59,857 bases of DNA from contig PFSB01000009.1 of the NCBI GenBank assembly GCA_002788855.1, positions 1-59,857 of the forward strand. Reading direction: 5' to 3'. Source of the DNA: Candidatus Roizmanbacteria bacterium CG_4_9_14_0_2_um_filter_38_17. Lineage in GTDB: Bacteria > Patescibacteriota > Microgenomatia > GCA-00278855. Shown piece by piece: positions 1 through 7,921 of this stretch. Both the position numbers and the translations under genes were made by a program. Under the pieces are notes generated by a model. The model ran no database searches. It saw nothing but the letters and a program-made list of their open reading frames with translations, and was not told the DNA's origin. Each line of letters starts with the position of its first letter. Within the stretch, counting starts at the first letter, position 1.

Positions 1-1988
1 TTGATAAAATAATAGATGAGAAATTAATTGCCGCTTTTCCAAAGGCTGAAACATACATAAAAAAAATAAAAAAAGATCGTACAAGTGGTTTATTTGATTT
101 TGAGATTACTAGGGAACAAATAGATAGACTGTTTACAGGTAAAACAGGAACAACGTACGACGAATATAGAAAAGCTGATAAAAAGAAGGTCGTTTTAGAA
201 ATTCTGAGAAAAAATTTTAGAAATATTTTTAATTTTAATGAAGAAGCTGATTATCTAGTTAATAAAATTGGTGAATTATTTGGTAAAACTCCTAAGCGAA
301 AAGATTTCAAAGGCGTAGATAAAATGGTTTACGAGCTTACAAAATTAGAGCCGTTTTTTTATAAAATTAGCTTTAATGCGGTTAAGCAAAATTCAAACGA
401 TACGAAAATCAAAGCATTATTCCAAATCTATAGTAAAGATTTTTCTCCTGATAAAAATCCTAATAGCAAGAAAAACCTTCACACACTGTATTTTGAAGAA
501 CTATTTTCAAAAGAAAATGAAGAGAATCCCATCTTTAAACTCTCTGGTGGTGCGGAAGTATTTTTCAGAGAAAAGATCGATGACTACAAGGTTGATCAAT
601 GGGAAAAGAAAAGATTGAAGAATCCGAAAACGGATAAGCTTCCGAATAAAAAGAGACGGTTCACAGGGAATCAGATACTTTTCCATCTGCCAATTGTGTT
701 AAACAATATCAATGATGGTGGAAGCGTAAATCGTAAAGTTCACGAGTATATTCAGGAGAACGAAGATGTAAAAATAATTGGCATAGACAGAGGTGAAAAA
801 GAACTAGCTTATTATTGCTTACTTGATCAATTTGGAACAATTATTGATGAGCCAAAAACTCTGAATACAATGGGTTCAAATGTCATTGATGGTGTTCGGC
901 AACCGATAAATTATCGTAACAAGTTAGATATCCGTGAAAGGGAGCGAATGATAGCGCGCCGATCCTGGACAAAAATTGAAGGTATAAAAGACTTGAAGCA
1001 AGGATATATTTCAAATGTTGTAAATGAAATCGCGAAGTTGATGGTTGATAACGATGCTTTTATCTGTCTTGAAGAATTGAATCATGGCTTTAAAAAAGAT
1101 CGCAGCATACGAATTGAGAAAGGCGTTTATCAGCGTTTGGAGAATGCCCTAGTCGATAAATTGAATTATTTAGTACTTGAAAAAACACCAGAAGGAGTAA
1201 GAAACGCACGGCAATTGACTGAGAAAAATCGAGCTATAAAATCCTGGGGCAATCAAATGGGAGCACTTTTTTACACCGATGCAAAATTCACCTCAAAAAC
1301 TTGTCCAAATTGTGGCTTTAGAAAAAGAGGAGTTAGTGATTTTAACAACAGAGAAAACCTCAGAGAGAAGATAAAGAATGGCGATTTGAAAGTATTCTTT
1401 GAAAAGAAGAAAGATCGATTCAGAATTGAATATAACTGGAATTACGAGTATAGGATGAATAATAAAACTGAGTTATATAGTAATAGAGATTTATACGATC
1501 AGGAGAATAATATGGAATATATTTATTCTGATGTGATCAGAAGTGACTGGTATAGGAAATATGACCCAACGATAAAGTTGAAAGAAATTTTCAAAGCATT
1601 TTATCAAACAAGTAAAGAGAATATAGCAATAAAAGAGAATCATTTTTCATATTCAGTTTTTATCGAAGTGTTCAATATTATTCTGAACATCCGAAATCGC
1701 ACAAATGAGGAAGATATTATCTCTTGCCCTAAGTGTCACTTCTCAACACTTCCACCAAAAGTTCAAAAAATTAACAATGGCGATGCGAATGGCGCATATA
1801 ACATCGCAAGGAAAGGTCTCATGATTTTTGAAAAAATCAGAAGTGAAAAGTTGAGAAAGAAAATATATACTAAAAAAGGAATTGAGAGTAAAGATTTAAA
1901 GATTACATTGCAAGAATGGGATGAATTAACATATAGTCAGTGGAATAAGAAAGATTGGAACGAATCAAACAATGAACGAGGATTATAA
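1..1988 (+). CDS. cas12a: Cas12a (Cpf1) type V-A effector, C-terminal ~660 aa; the 5' end lies outside the window
   Basis: The frame of ORF 324..1988 has no stop and no start codon upstream of the first ATG as far as I can phase it; the A-rich tract around 57-73 is hard to phase by eye. The gene therefore continues off the 5' edge. Cas12a hallmarks: ALFQIYSKDFS...NLHTLYFEELF, RRFTGNQILFHLPIVLN, RuvC-I IGIDRGEKELAYY, RuvC-II ICLEELNHGFKK, RuvC-III GDANGAYNIARKGL. It is followed by cas4-cas1-cas2 and a Cas12a-type repeat array. Confidence 0.93.
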   Translation, partial: DKIIDEKLIAAFPKAETYIKKIKKDRTSGLFDFEITREQIDRLFTGKTGTTYDEYRKADKKKVVLEILRKNFRNIFNFNEEADYLVNKIGELFGKTPKRKDFKGVDKMVYELTKLEPFFYKISFNAVKQNSNDTKIKALFQIYSKDFSPDKNPNSKKNLHTLYFEELFSKENEENPIFKLSGGAEVFFREKIDDYKVDQWEKKRLKNPKTDKLPNKKRRFTGNQILFHLPIVLNNINDGGSVNRKVHEYIQENEDVKIIGIDRGEKELAYYCLLDQFGTIIDEPKTLNTMGSNVIDGVRQPINYRNKLDIRERERMIARRSWTKIEGIKDLKQGYISNVVNEIAKLMVDNDAFICLEELNHGFKKDRSIRIEKGVYQRLENALVDKLNYLVLEKTPEGVRNARQLTEKNRAIKSWGNQMGALFYTDAKFTSKTCPNCGFRKRGVSDFNNRENLREKIKNGDLKVFFEKKKDRFRIEYNWNYEYRMNNKTELYSNRDLYDQENNMEYIYSDVIRSDWYRKYDPTIKLKEIFKAFYQTSKENIAIKENHFSYSVFIEVFNIILNIRNRTNEEDIISCPKCHFSTLPPKVQKINNGDANGAYNIARKGLMIFEKIRSEKLRKKIYTKKGIESKDLKITLQEWDELTYSQWNKKDWNESNNERGL

Positions 1989-2065
1989 TAAGTAACATTA
2001 TTTTTAAACCGCTACTTAAACAAGACCTGTAGTTAAATACTATCGGTGTGTTATAATCTTTCATT

Positions 2066-2617
2066 GTGGATGATTATATTCAAATATCAAAGTTAAACGA
2101 CTTTATCTTTTGCCCTTACTCTATTTATTTACATTCTATTTATGAGAATTTTGATACCTCAACTTATCACTCAAAGTTTCAAAAAAGAGGCTCTATTAAC
2201 CATGCGAGAATAGACAACAAGACTTATTCTACTTCTAAATATATCATTCAGGGAAAAGATATCTATAGTCAAAAATATGGACTAGTTGGAAAGATTGATC
2301 TATATGACAGCAAGCAAAAATCACTTATTGAACGAAAATATAAAATAACCAAAATATATTCAGGTTATAAATTACAGCTTTTTGCGCAGTGTTTATGCAT
2401 GCAAGAAATGGGATATCAAGTAAATAAATTATGTTTCCACTCATTGGTAGATAATAAGAATTATCCTATTGCGTTTCCTTCTGGAGAGGATCTGAATTTT
2501 TTGAAAGATACAGTCAAACAGATTCGTAATTTTAGATCGAAAGATGCAGTTTTGCTCTCTATCTCTCCCTTAAAATGTGAAAAATGTATATATAATAACT
2601 TGTGCGCTTTTAAATAA
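2066..2617 (+). CDS. cas4: Cas4 RecB-like nuclease with Fe-S cysteines
   Basis: 183 aa with a GTG start. Nuclease core GKIDLY...ERKYK. Four-Cys pattern: C16 near the N-terminus and CEKCIYNNLC at the C-terminus. Lies between cas12a and cas1. Confidence 0.85.
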   Translation: MDDYIQISKLNDFIFCPYSIYLHSIYENFDTSTYHSKFQKRGSINHARIDNKTYSTSKYIIQGKDIYSQKYGLVGKIDLYDSKQKSLIERKYKITKIYSGYKLQLFAQCLCMQEMGYQVNKLCFHSLVDNKNYPIAFPSGEDLNFLKDTVKQIRNFRSKDAVLLSISPLKCEKCIYNNLCAFK

Positions 2618-3570
2618 TGTTAACTTTACCAGATTTACGTGAAAAAAAGATACTGTTTATTTCTTCCAGAGAAGAATTTAGCGATACTATTAAATTTAGA
2701 AATAGCAATGTATGTCTCTATCGCGATGACAAATGTGTAGACAGGATAAGCATACATTTGGTGTTGGCAATATTTATAATTGGTCAAATTAGCTTGACTA
2801 GTGTTTTGCTAAAGAAACTTGCTGAGCATGGAATATCTATTTACTTTATGGATGATTCTTTTAAGGTTTATAGTTCAATATCCTCGGAGGCTGAGGGTAA
2901 TTACATGCTTCGTTCAGTTCAATATATGTTCTCGGAGAAGAAAGAATTAGAGTTTAGCAAGAAATTGGTTAAAAATAAGATTGCAAATCAAGCAACAGTT
3001 ATCAGAAAGATACAGCGCCAAAAATATATAATTGATGATTACTTACTCAAAGTTGATCAAGCGCGGAGCATAGATTCTATCCGTGGAATTGAAGGTAATT
3101 TTGCTAGTATATATTTTTCAGTTATATTTAAAGATGTAGGTTGGTATAAAAGATCTCCACGCACAAAGCCGGATATTCCAAATTTGCTTTTGGATATTGG
3201 TTATACTTTTATGTTTAATTATATCGATGGTATGTTGCGATTATTTGGATTTGATACCTATAAGGGTATTTACCATCAACTATTTTTTCAGCGTAAATCA
3301 TTAGCCTGCGATCTGATGGAACCGCTTCGGCCGCTTATTGATCGGCATCTAATAAAACAGTACAACCTCAAGGTTATAAATGAAAAAGACTTTAAGTTCA
3401 GTCAGGGAAGCTTTAGGATTAAGTCTTTTGATATGCGAAAGAAGTATGCAGATATTTGGCTGAAGTTGATTATGGAGAATAAGGAAGATATTTATATTTT
3501 TATTCTCAATTTTTATCGGTATATGCTTAATCCTGTCAAATACTCTTTTACTGAATTTAGCTATAAATGA
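2617..3570 (+). CDS. cas1: Cas1 integrase
   Basis: 317 aa. Cas1-like motifs IEGNFASIYF, PDIPNLLLDIGYTF, GFDTYKGIYHQ, SLACDLMEPLRPLID. The start overlaps the cas4 stop (TAATG). Confidence 0.9.
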   Translation: MLTLPDLREKKILFISSREEFSDTIKFRNSNVCLYRDDKCVDRISIHLVLAIFIIGQISLTSVLLKKLAEHGISIYFMDDSFKVYSSISSEAEGNYMLRSVQYMFSEKKELEFSKKLVKNKIANQATVIRKIQRQKYIIDDYLLKVDQARSIDSIRGIEGNFASIYFSVIFKDVGWYKRSPRTKPDIPNLLLDIGYTFMFNYIDGMLRLFGFDTYKGIYHQLFFQRKSLACDLMEPLRPLIDRHLIKQYNLKVINEKDFKFSQGSFRIKSFDMRKKYADIWLKLIMENKEDIYIFILNFYRYMLNPVKYSFTEFSYK

Positions 3571-3848
3571 TTATTGTGTCTTATGATTTTTCTGATGATA
3601 AGAGAAGAGCTAAATTTTCTAGATTTCTGGAGCAGTATGGGGATCGTATTCAGTATTCTGTTTTTAAAATCAGAAATAGTAGGCGTGTTATCAATAATAT
3701 ATTGACTGAAATAGAACACTCATATAAAAAGAATTTTGAGAAGACCGACAGCATTTATGTACTTCAGGTGTGTAATGGGTGTATGAAGGGTCTTAAAAGA
3801 TATGGTTCTGCTGTCCATGAAGAAGAAAGTATTGTATACTTTGGGTGA
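3567..3848 (+). CDS. cas2: Cas2
   Basis: 93 aa. N-terminus IIVSYDFSDDKRRAKFSRFLEQYGDRIQYSVF is typical of Cas2. 4-nt ATGA overlap with cas1. Confidence 0.85.
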   Translation: MIIVSYDFSDDKRRAKFSRFLEQYGDRIQYSVFKIRNSRRVINNILTEIEHSYKKNFEKTDSIYVLQVCNGCMKGLKRYGSAVHEEESIVYFG

Positions 3849-4063
3849 CGGTGTGTCGCTCCTTGAAATAATATTTCGGCTAAAGGTAGAAGCCGACTGT
3901 AAAGATTATTGTAAACCTTTGTCTTAATTTTTTTGGGACAGAGGGATTAAACTTAAGTATGGAGCTTAAATATAAGGAAAACATGATATTTATCGTGGAG
4001 AAGTCCCAGAATTATTTTGAATTGCTGGTTGTATCTTCTCCGCGTAATATCAACCCTTTCGTG
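3849..4063 (+). promoter_or_regulatory. CRISPR leader with candidate sigma70-type promoter (TTGCTG 4022-4027, 17-nt spacer, TAATAT 4045-4050)
   Basis: AT-rich 215-nt non-coding stretch between the cas2 stop and the first repeat. The -35/-10 pair with 17-nt spacing ends 13 nt before repeat 1. Repeat polarity (handle hairpin at the 3' end) puts the leader on this side. Confidence 0.45.
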
Positions 4064-5219
4064 GTTTAATCCTTATAGTAGATTTCTACTTTTGTAGATT
4101 TAAAATGTTTATCGCCAGAGAGCTCAGTTTAATCCTTATAGTAGATTTCTACTTTTGTAGATATCAATCCCTTCACGAGATAGGCAAAGGTTTAATCCTT
4201 ATAGTAGATTTCTACTTTTGTAGATGCTATGCTCACCGCGTAGCCGTTTCATGTTTAATCCTTATAGTAGATTTCTACTTTTGTAGATTGTCCTTGCTCC
4301 ATCTGAACATGACTGAGTTTAATCCTTATAGTAGATTTCTACTTTTGTAGATTTAGAAGCTGGTGCAAAAACTGTAAAGTTTAATCCTTATAGTAGATTT
4401 CTACTTTTGTAGATAGTGATCTTCTGCCTGCGTAGGGTCAATTGTTTAATCCTTATAGTAGATTTCTACTTTTGTAGATACAGTGACTACTCCATACTTA
4501 CCTAGTTTAATCCTTATAGTAGATTTCTACTTTTGTAGATTTTAGGCACAGCTTCCATCAATCCGTTGTTTAATCCTTATAGTAGATTTCTACTTTTGTA
4601 GATGGGTATCTCCTCTACCTCCGATAAGTAGTTTAATCCTTATAGTAGATTTCTACTTTTGTAGATATTTTATCTGTCGTATTTTTTTCGGTTGTTTAAT
4701 CCTTATAGTAGATTTCTACTTTTGTAGATAGGGGTGCAGACTTGGGGGATGCAAAGTTTAATCCTTATAGTAGATTTCTACTTTTGTAGATAAATGAGTG
4801 TCTTCCAATACTTTTGAGTTTAATCCTTATAGTAGATTTCTACTTTTGTAGATTTACGAGCTTTCTTATTTTAGAAAATGTTTAATCCTTATAGTAGATT
4901 TCTACTTTTGTAGATTGGATGGGTACAAGTATGGGGACCAGTTTAATCCTTATAGTAGATTTCTACTTTTGTAGATTTTGACCGGCTTGAATTCTATTTG
5001 GGGTTTAATCCTTATAGTAGATTTCTACTTTTGTAGATTCCATGCCCATTTTGTACCACTACAGTTTAATCCTTATAGTAGATTTCTACTTTTGTAGATA
5101 TCATATTATCAAAACGGCACTATTCAGGTTTAATCCTTATAGTAGATTTCTACTTTTGTAGATGTTGACCTAGATACGACCAGAGCTAGGTTTAATCCTT
5201 ATAGTAGATTTCTACTTTT
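4064..5219 (+). CRISPR. Type V-A CRISPR array: 18 identical 36-nt repeats plus a 19th truncated after nt 30; 18 unique spacers of 25-29 nt
   Basis: The repeat is GTTTAATCCTTATAGTAGATTTCTACTTTTGTAGAT, starting at 4064, 4127, 4190, 4253, 4317, 4379, 4444, 4505, 4568, 4631, 4694, 4756, 4818, 4880, 4941, 5003, 5064, 5128. The copy at 5190 stops matching after ...TCTACTTTT. The 3' TCTAC-TTTT-GTAGA stem-loop is the Cas12a crRNA handle. Confidence 0.97.
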
Positions 5220-5280
5220 ATTAAAGGCTAAGCCTTCCATTTCATGAAGGGCTTAGCCTTATACTCGCTTACTTTGTTAA
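5220..5280 (+). repeat. Family C REPIN-like hairpin element (copy C1), fused to truncated CRISPR repeat 19
   Basis: ATTAAAGGCTAAGCCTTCCATTTCATGAAGGGCTTAGCCTTATACTCGCTTACTTTGTTAA. Arms AAGGCTAAGCCTTC / GAAGGGCTTAGCCTT pair with one bulge. The tail CCTTATACTCGCTTACTTTGTTAA recurs at 14749-14773. Confidence 0.8.
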
Positions 5281-5295
5281 ATCGTGAATGAGTAC

Positions 5296-5326
5296 GTTTA
5301 ATTCTTGTGGTAGATTTCTACTTTTG
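5296..5326 (+). repeat. Degenerate terminal CRISPR repeat remnant
   Basis: GTTTAATTCTTGTGGTAGATTTCTACTTTTG matches the consensus with 3 substitutions, then diverges into element C2 instead of TAGAT. Confidence 0.75.
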
Positions 5327-5330
5327 ATTT

Positions 5331-5387
5331 GCTTACTTAAGGCAAGGCCATTCATTACATGAAAGTCCTCGCCTTGTCTCGCTTATA
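5331..5387 (+). repeat. Family C REPIN-like hairpin element (copy C2) between the array end and the pnp stop
   Basis: GCTTACTTAAGGCAAGGCCATTCATTACATGAAAGTCCTCGCCTTGTCTCGCTTATA. Same architecture as the copies at 44629, 48747 (reverse) and 49458. Confidence 0.75.
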
Positions 5388-5393
5388 CTAGAG

Positions 5394-7559
5394 TTAGTAG
5401 TTGTTTCGGCGATTACCGCCACGATAACCGTCGCGTCTGTTATTGTCACGTCTTGGTGGTCGGCGATCTTCTTCTTCTTTTTTTGGATTGTCTACCATGG
5501 TTAGATTAATTCTACCTTGATCGTCAATTTCAAATAGAGTTACGTCTATTATGTCTCCTTCTTTAACAATTTCACTTGGATCTTCGACGTACTTGTCTGC
5601 CATACGAGAGACATGGACTAATCCTTCTCTTCCGGGTAATACTTCGACAAATGCGCCAAATGGAACAATTCGTTTGACCGTTCCCTTGAATTTATCTCCT
5701 ACTTTAAGTTCGCGCATCATATTTTGAATGTGATCTGATGCTTGTTTTACTTTTTCGCTATTTAAACCAGATATATTAACAGTTCCGTCGTCTTCAACGT
5801 TAACGTCGACTTCAAAAGTAGCTATTATTTCTTTAATATTTGATCCGCCTGGTCCAATAAGCGCGCCGATTTTTTCTTCAGGTATGGTCAGTTGCTGTAC
5901 TTGTGGAGCATATTGAGAAACTGTTTCGTGGGGCTGAGCTAGTGTTGTAGCCATGTGTTCTAAAATCTGTATACGTACCTCCTTTGCTCTTTCTACCGTT
6001 TCTTTTATCATCTTGGGGGTTAGGCCTTTGATTTTTACGTCGAGCTGTACAGCGGTAATTCCATTTTTTGTTCCAGCTACTTTAAAGTCCATGTCACCAT
6101 TAAAGTCCTCAATGCCCATAATGTCTGTAAGTAGAACATATTTATCGTCACTTTCGACTATAATTCCAGTAGATATGCCAGCAACTGGCGCTTTAAGAGG
6201 TACGCCTGCATCCATCAGTGATAAAGTTGATCCGCAAACTGATGCCATGGATGTTGACCCATTGGATGAGAGTATTTCAGATACAACTCTAATTGTGTAC
6301 GCGAATTCTTCCGGCGAAGGTAATACAGGTATAATTGCTCGCTCCGCCAGTGCACCGTGTCCTATTTCTCGACGCGAAGGGAAGCCAAATCGCCCAGTTT
6401 CTCCAACAGAAAATGGTGGCATGCTATAGTGATGCATGTATCTTTTTTTACTCTCACCATTAGCAGATTCGAGCAATTGTTCTTCTCCAGCGGAACCTAG
6501 AGTTGTGACAGATAATGCCTGGGTGTTTCCTCTTTGGAATACTGCTGATCCGTGGGTTCGAGTTAATATTCCAACTTCCGAACTTAATGGCCTAAGTTCG
6601 GTGGTTTTGCGACCATCTACGCGTATACCTGTGTCTAAAATATTTTTACGAAGTAGTTTTTTACGAAGTTTATCTACAACCTGAGCAATATCCTTTTTTT
6701 CAAATTCTTCTTCAAATCGAGCGTGGGCTTGTTCGACAATTCCATCAATCATGGCATTTTCGTCTTTACGCTCAAGCTTATTTGCTTGCTCTACCAATTT
6801 GTTTATATCTCCCATGAATTCTTTTTCCATACGCGAAATGAGCTCTTCATCAATCCCCTCAGGAATTGGTTGTTTGGTTGGTTTTACTTCAGCTACTAAT
6901 TCGTTTATTAGATTAATAACTTTGTCGGATTGGATAAGTGCAGCATTAGCTGCCTCAATAAATACTTCATCAGCTATTTGGTTGGCGCCCCCTTCAAGCA
7001 TAAGGACTCGATCAGGAAAACCAGATACAACTAAATCAAGACTACTTAAATCACGCTGTTGTATAGAAGGGTTGACTACGAGTTTGTCGTCAATGTAACC
7101 CATTCGAACTGCTCCAACTGGCCCGTCCCAGGGTATTGAAGATGCGGCAATTGCAGCGGATGTTGCAATAATAGACAAAACATCTGCATCGGTCTCTTTA
7201 TCTGTGGATAGCAGAGTTACGATAACTTGTACATCATTTTTGTATGTACTAGGAAATAGCGGTCGGATTGAGCGGTCAATGAGTCTGGCTGTAAGAATAT
7301 TTTCATCAGTTGGTCTTCCTTCCCTTTTCATCCAACGGGATCCCTTGATGATTCCTCCAGCATACAGTCTTTCCATATAGTCCACAGACAATGGGAAGTA
7401 GCCGAGGTCACGTTTGGGCACAGAAGACATAACAGTAGCTAATACTTGGGTGTCACCGTATTGACCTAAAACGGCCATGGTTGCTTGGTGTGCAAAACGG
7501 CCAATTTCTAGTGACATTTCACGTCCACCAATGTTTGCTGTTTTTTTAATTATTTTCAT
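5394..7559 (-). CDS. pnp: Polynucleotide phosphorylase
   Basis: 721 aa. Two RNase PH-like halves (GIEDFNGDMDFKVAGT), a KH motif GPGGSNIKEI and an S1 domain GTVKRIVPFGAFVEV, plus an Arg/Gly/Asn-rich C-terminal tail. Confidence 0.95.
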   Translation of the reverse strand: MKIIKKTANIGGREMSLEIGRFAHQATMAVLGQYGDTQVLATVMSSVPKRDLGYFPLSVDYMERLYAGGIIKGSRWMKREGRPTDENILTARLIDRSIRPLFPSTYKNDVQVIVTLLSTDKETDADVLSIIATSAAIAASSIPWDGPVGAVRMGYIDDKLVVNPSIQQRDLSSLDLVVSGFPDRVLMLEGGANQIADEVFIEAANAALIQSDKVINLINELVAEVKPTKQPIPEGIDEELISRMEKEFMGDINKLVEQANKLERKDENAMIDGIVEQAHARFEEEFEKKDIAQVVDKLRKKLLRKNILDTGIRVDGRKTTELRPLSSEVGILTRTHGSAVFQRGNTQALSVTTLGSAGEEQLLESANGESKKRYMHHYSMPPFSVGETGRFGFPSRREIGHGALAERAIIPVLPSPEEFAYTIRVVSEILSSNGSTSMASVCGSTLSLMDAGVPLKAPVAGISTGIIVESDDKYVLLTDIMGIEDFNGDMDFKVAGTKNGITAVQLDVKIKGLTPKMIKETVERAKEVRIQILEHMATTLAQPHETVSQYAPQVQQLTIPEEKIGALIGPGGSNIKEIIATFEVDVNVEDDGTVNISGLNSEKVKQASDHIQNMMRELKVGDKFKGTVKRIVPFGAFVEVLPGREGLVHVSRMADKYVEDPSEIVKEGDIIDVTLFEIDDQGRINLTMVDNPKKEEEDRRPPRRDNNRRDGYRGGNRRNNY

Positions 7560-7584
7560 TTGGAGTGGGATAGAGGATTATTTT

Positions 7585-7884
7585 TTATTTCTTCAGTCCT
7601 ACTTTCTTAATTACTTCTTTATATCTTTCTTCACTCTTTCCTTCAAGGAATTTTAACATACGTCTGCGTTTTGAGATAATCCCCAATAATCCTCTGCGTG
7701 TATGTTTGTCATTTGGGTTGTCTGTAAGGTGCTTACTGACACTCTCAATTCTATGAGAAAGAAGTGCGATTTGAACTTCGGGTGAACCAGTGTCGTTGTC
7801 ATTTAGATGAAACTTAACGATGATTTTTTCTTTATTGCCCTTAGGTGCTGCTTCTGCCTTCTTTTTTAAAACCATGAATGTCAT
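7585..7884 (-). CDS. rpsO: Ribosomal protein S15
   Basis: DTGSPEVQIALLSHRI...HTRRGLLGIISKRRRMLKFL is the S15 signature. The conserved rpsO-pnp gene pair is present. Confidence 0.9.
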   Translation of the reverse strand: MTFMVLKKKAEAAPKGNKEKIIVKFHLNDNDTGSPEVQIALLSHRIESVSKHLTDNPNDKHTRRGLLGIISKRRRMLKFLEGKSEERYKEVIKKVGLKK

Positions 7885-7921
7885 TATATGACAAAAACTT
7901 CCTTATGGCAAAAGGACAAAA

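Noticed and set aside
376-618. 80-aa ORF overlapping cas12a in another frame
   Set aside because: It is embedded in a well-supported Cas12a reading frame and has a low-complexity Lys/Ile-rich translation typical of AT-rich out-of-frame ORFs.
3849-4063. Possible tracrRNA/anti-repeat or small ORF (about 36 codons from the ATG near 3960) in the leader
   Set aside because: There is no stretch complementary to the repeat, and V-A systems do not need a tracrRNA. The small ORF runs into repeat 1 and has no SD.
4040-4189. The sequence just upstream of repeat 1 (ATCAACCCTTTCGTG) resembles the start of spacer 2 (ATCAATCCCTTCACG)
   Set aside because: It is only ~15 nt with several mismatches and an indel. 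It is not flanked by a repeat remnant, so coincidence is most likely.
4105-4350. 81-aa ORF in the track (MFIARELSLILIVDFYFCRY...)
   Set aside because: It lies entirely within the CRISPR array. Its periodic LILIVDFYFCR peptide is just the translated repeat.
5953-7098. Three antisense ORFs (158, 82 and 115 aa) opposite pnp. Similar antisense or overlapping ORFs lie within the PBPs, fusA, tuf, argS, rny, clpC, add and others.
   Set aside because: Each is fully contained in a strongly supported housekeeping CDS on the other strand or frame. The translations are Ser/Leu/Ile-rich with no motifs.
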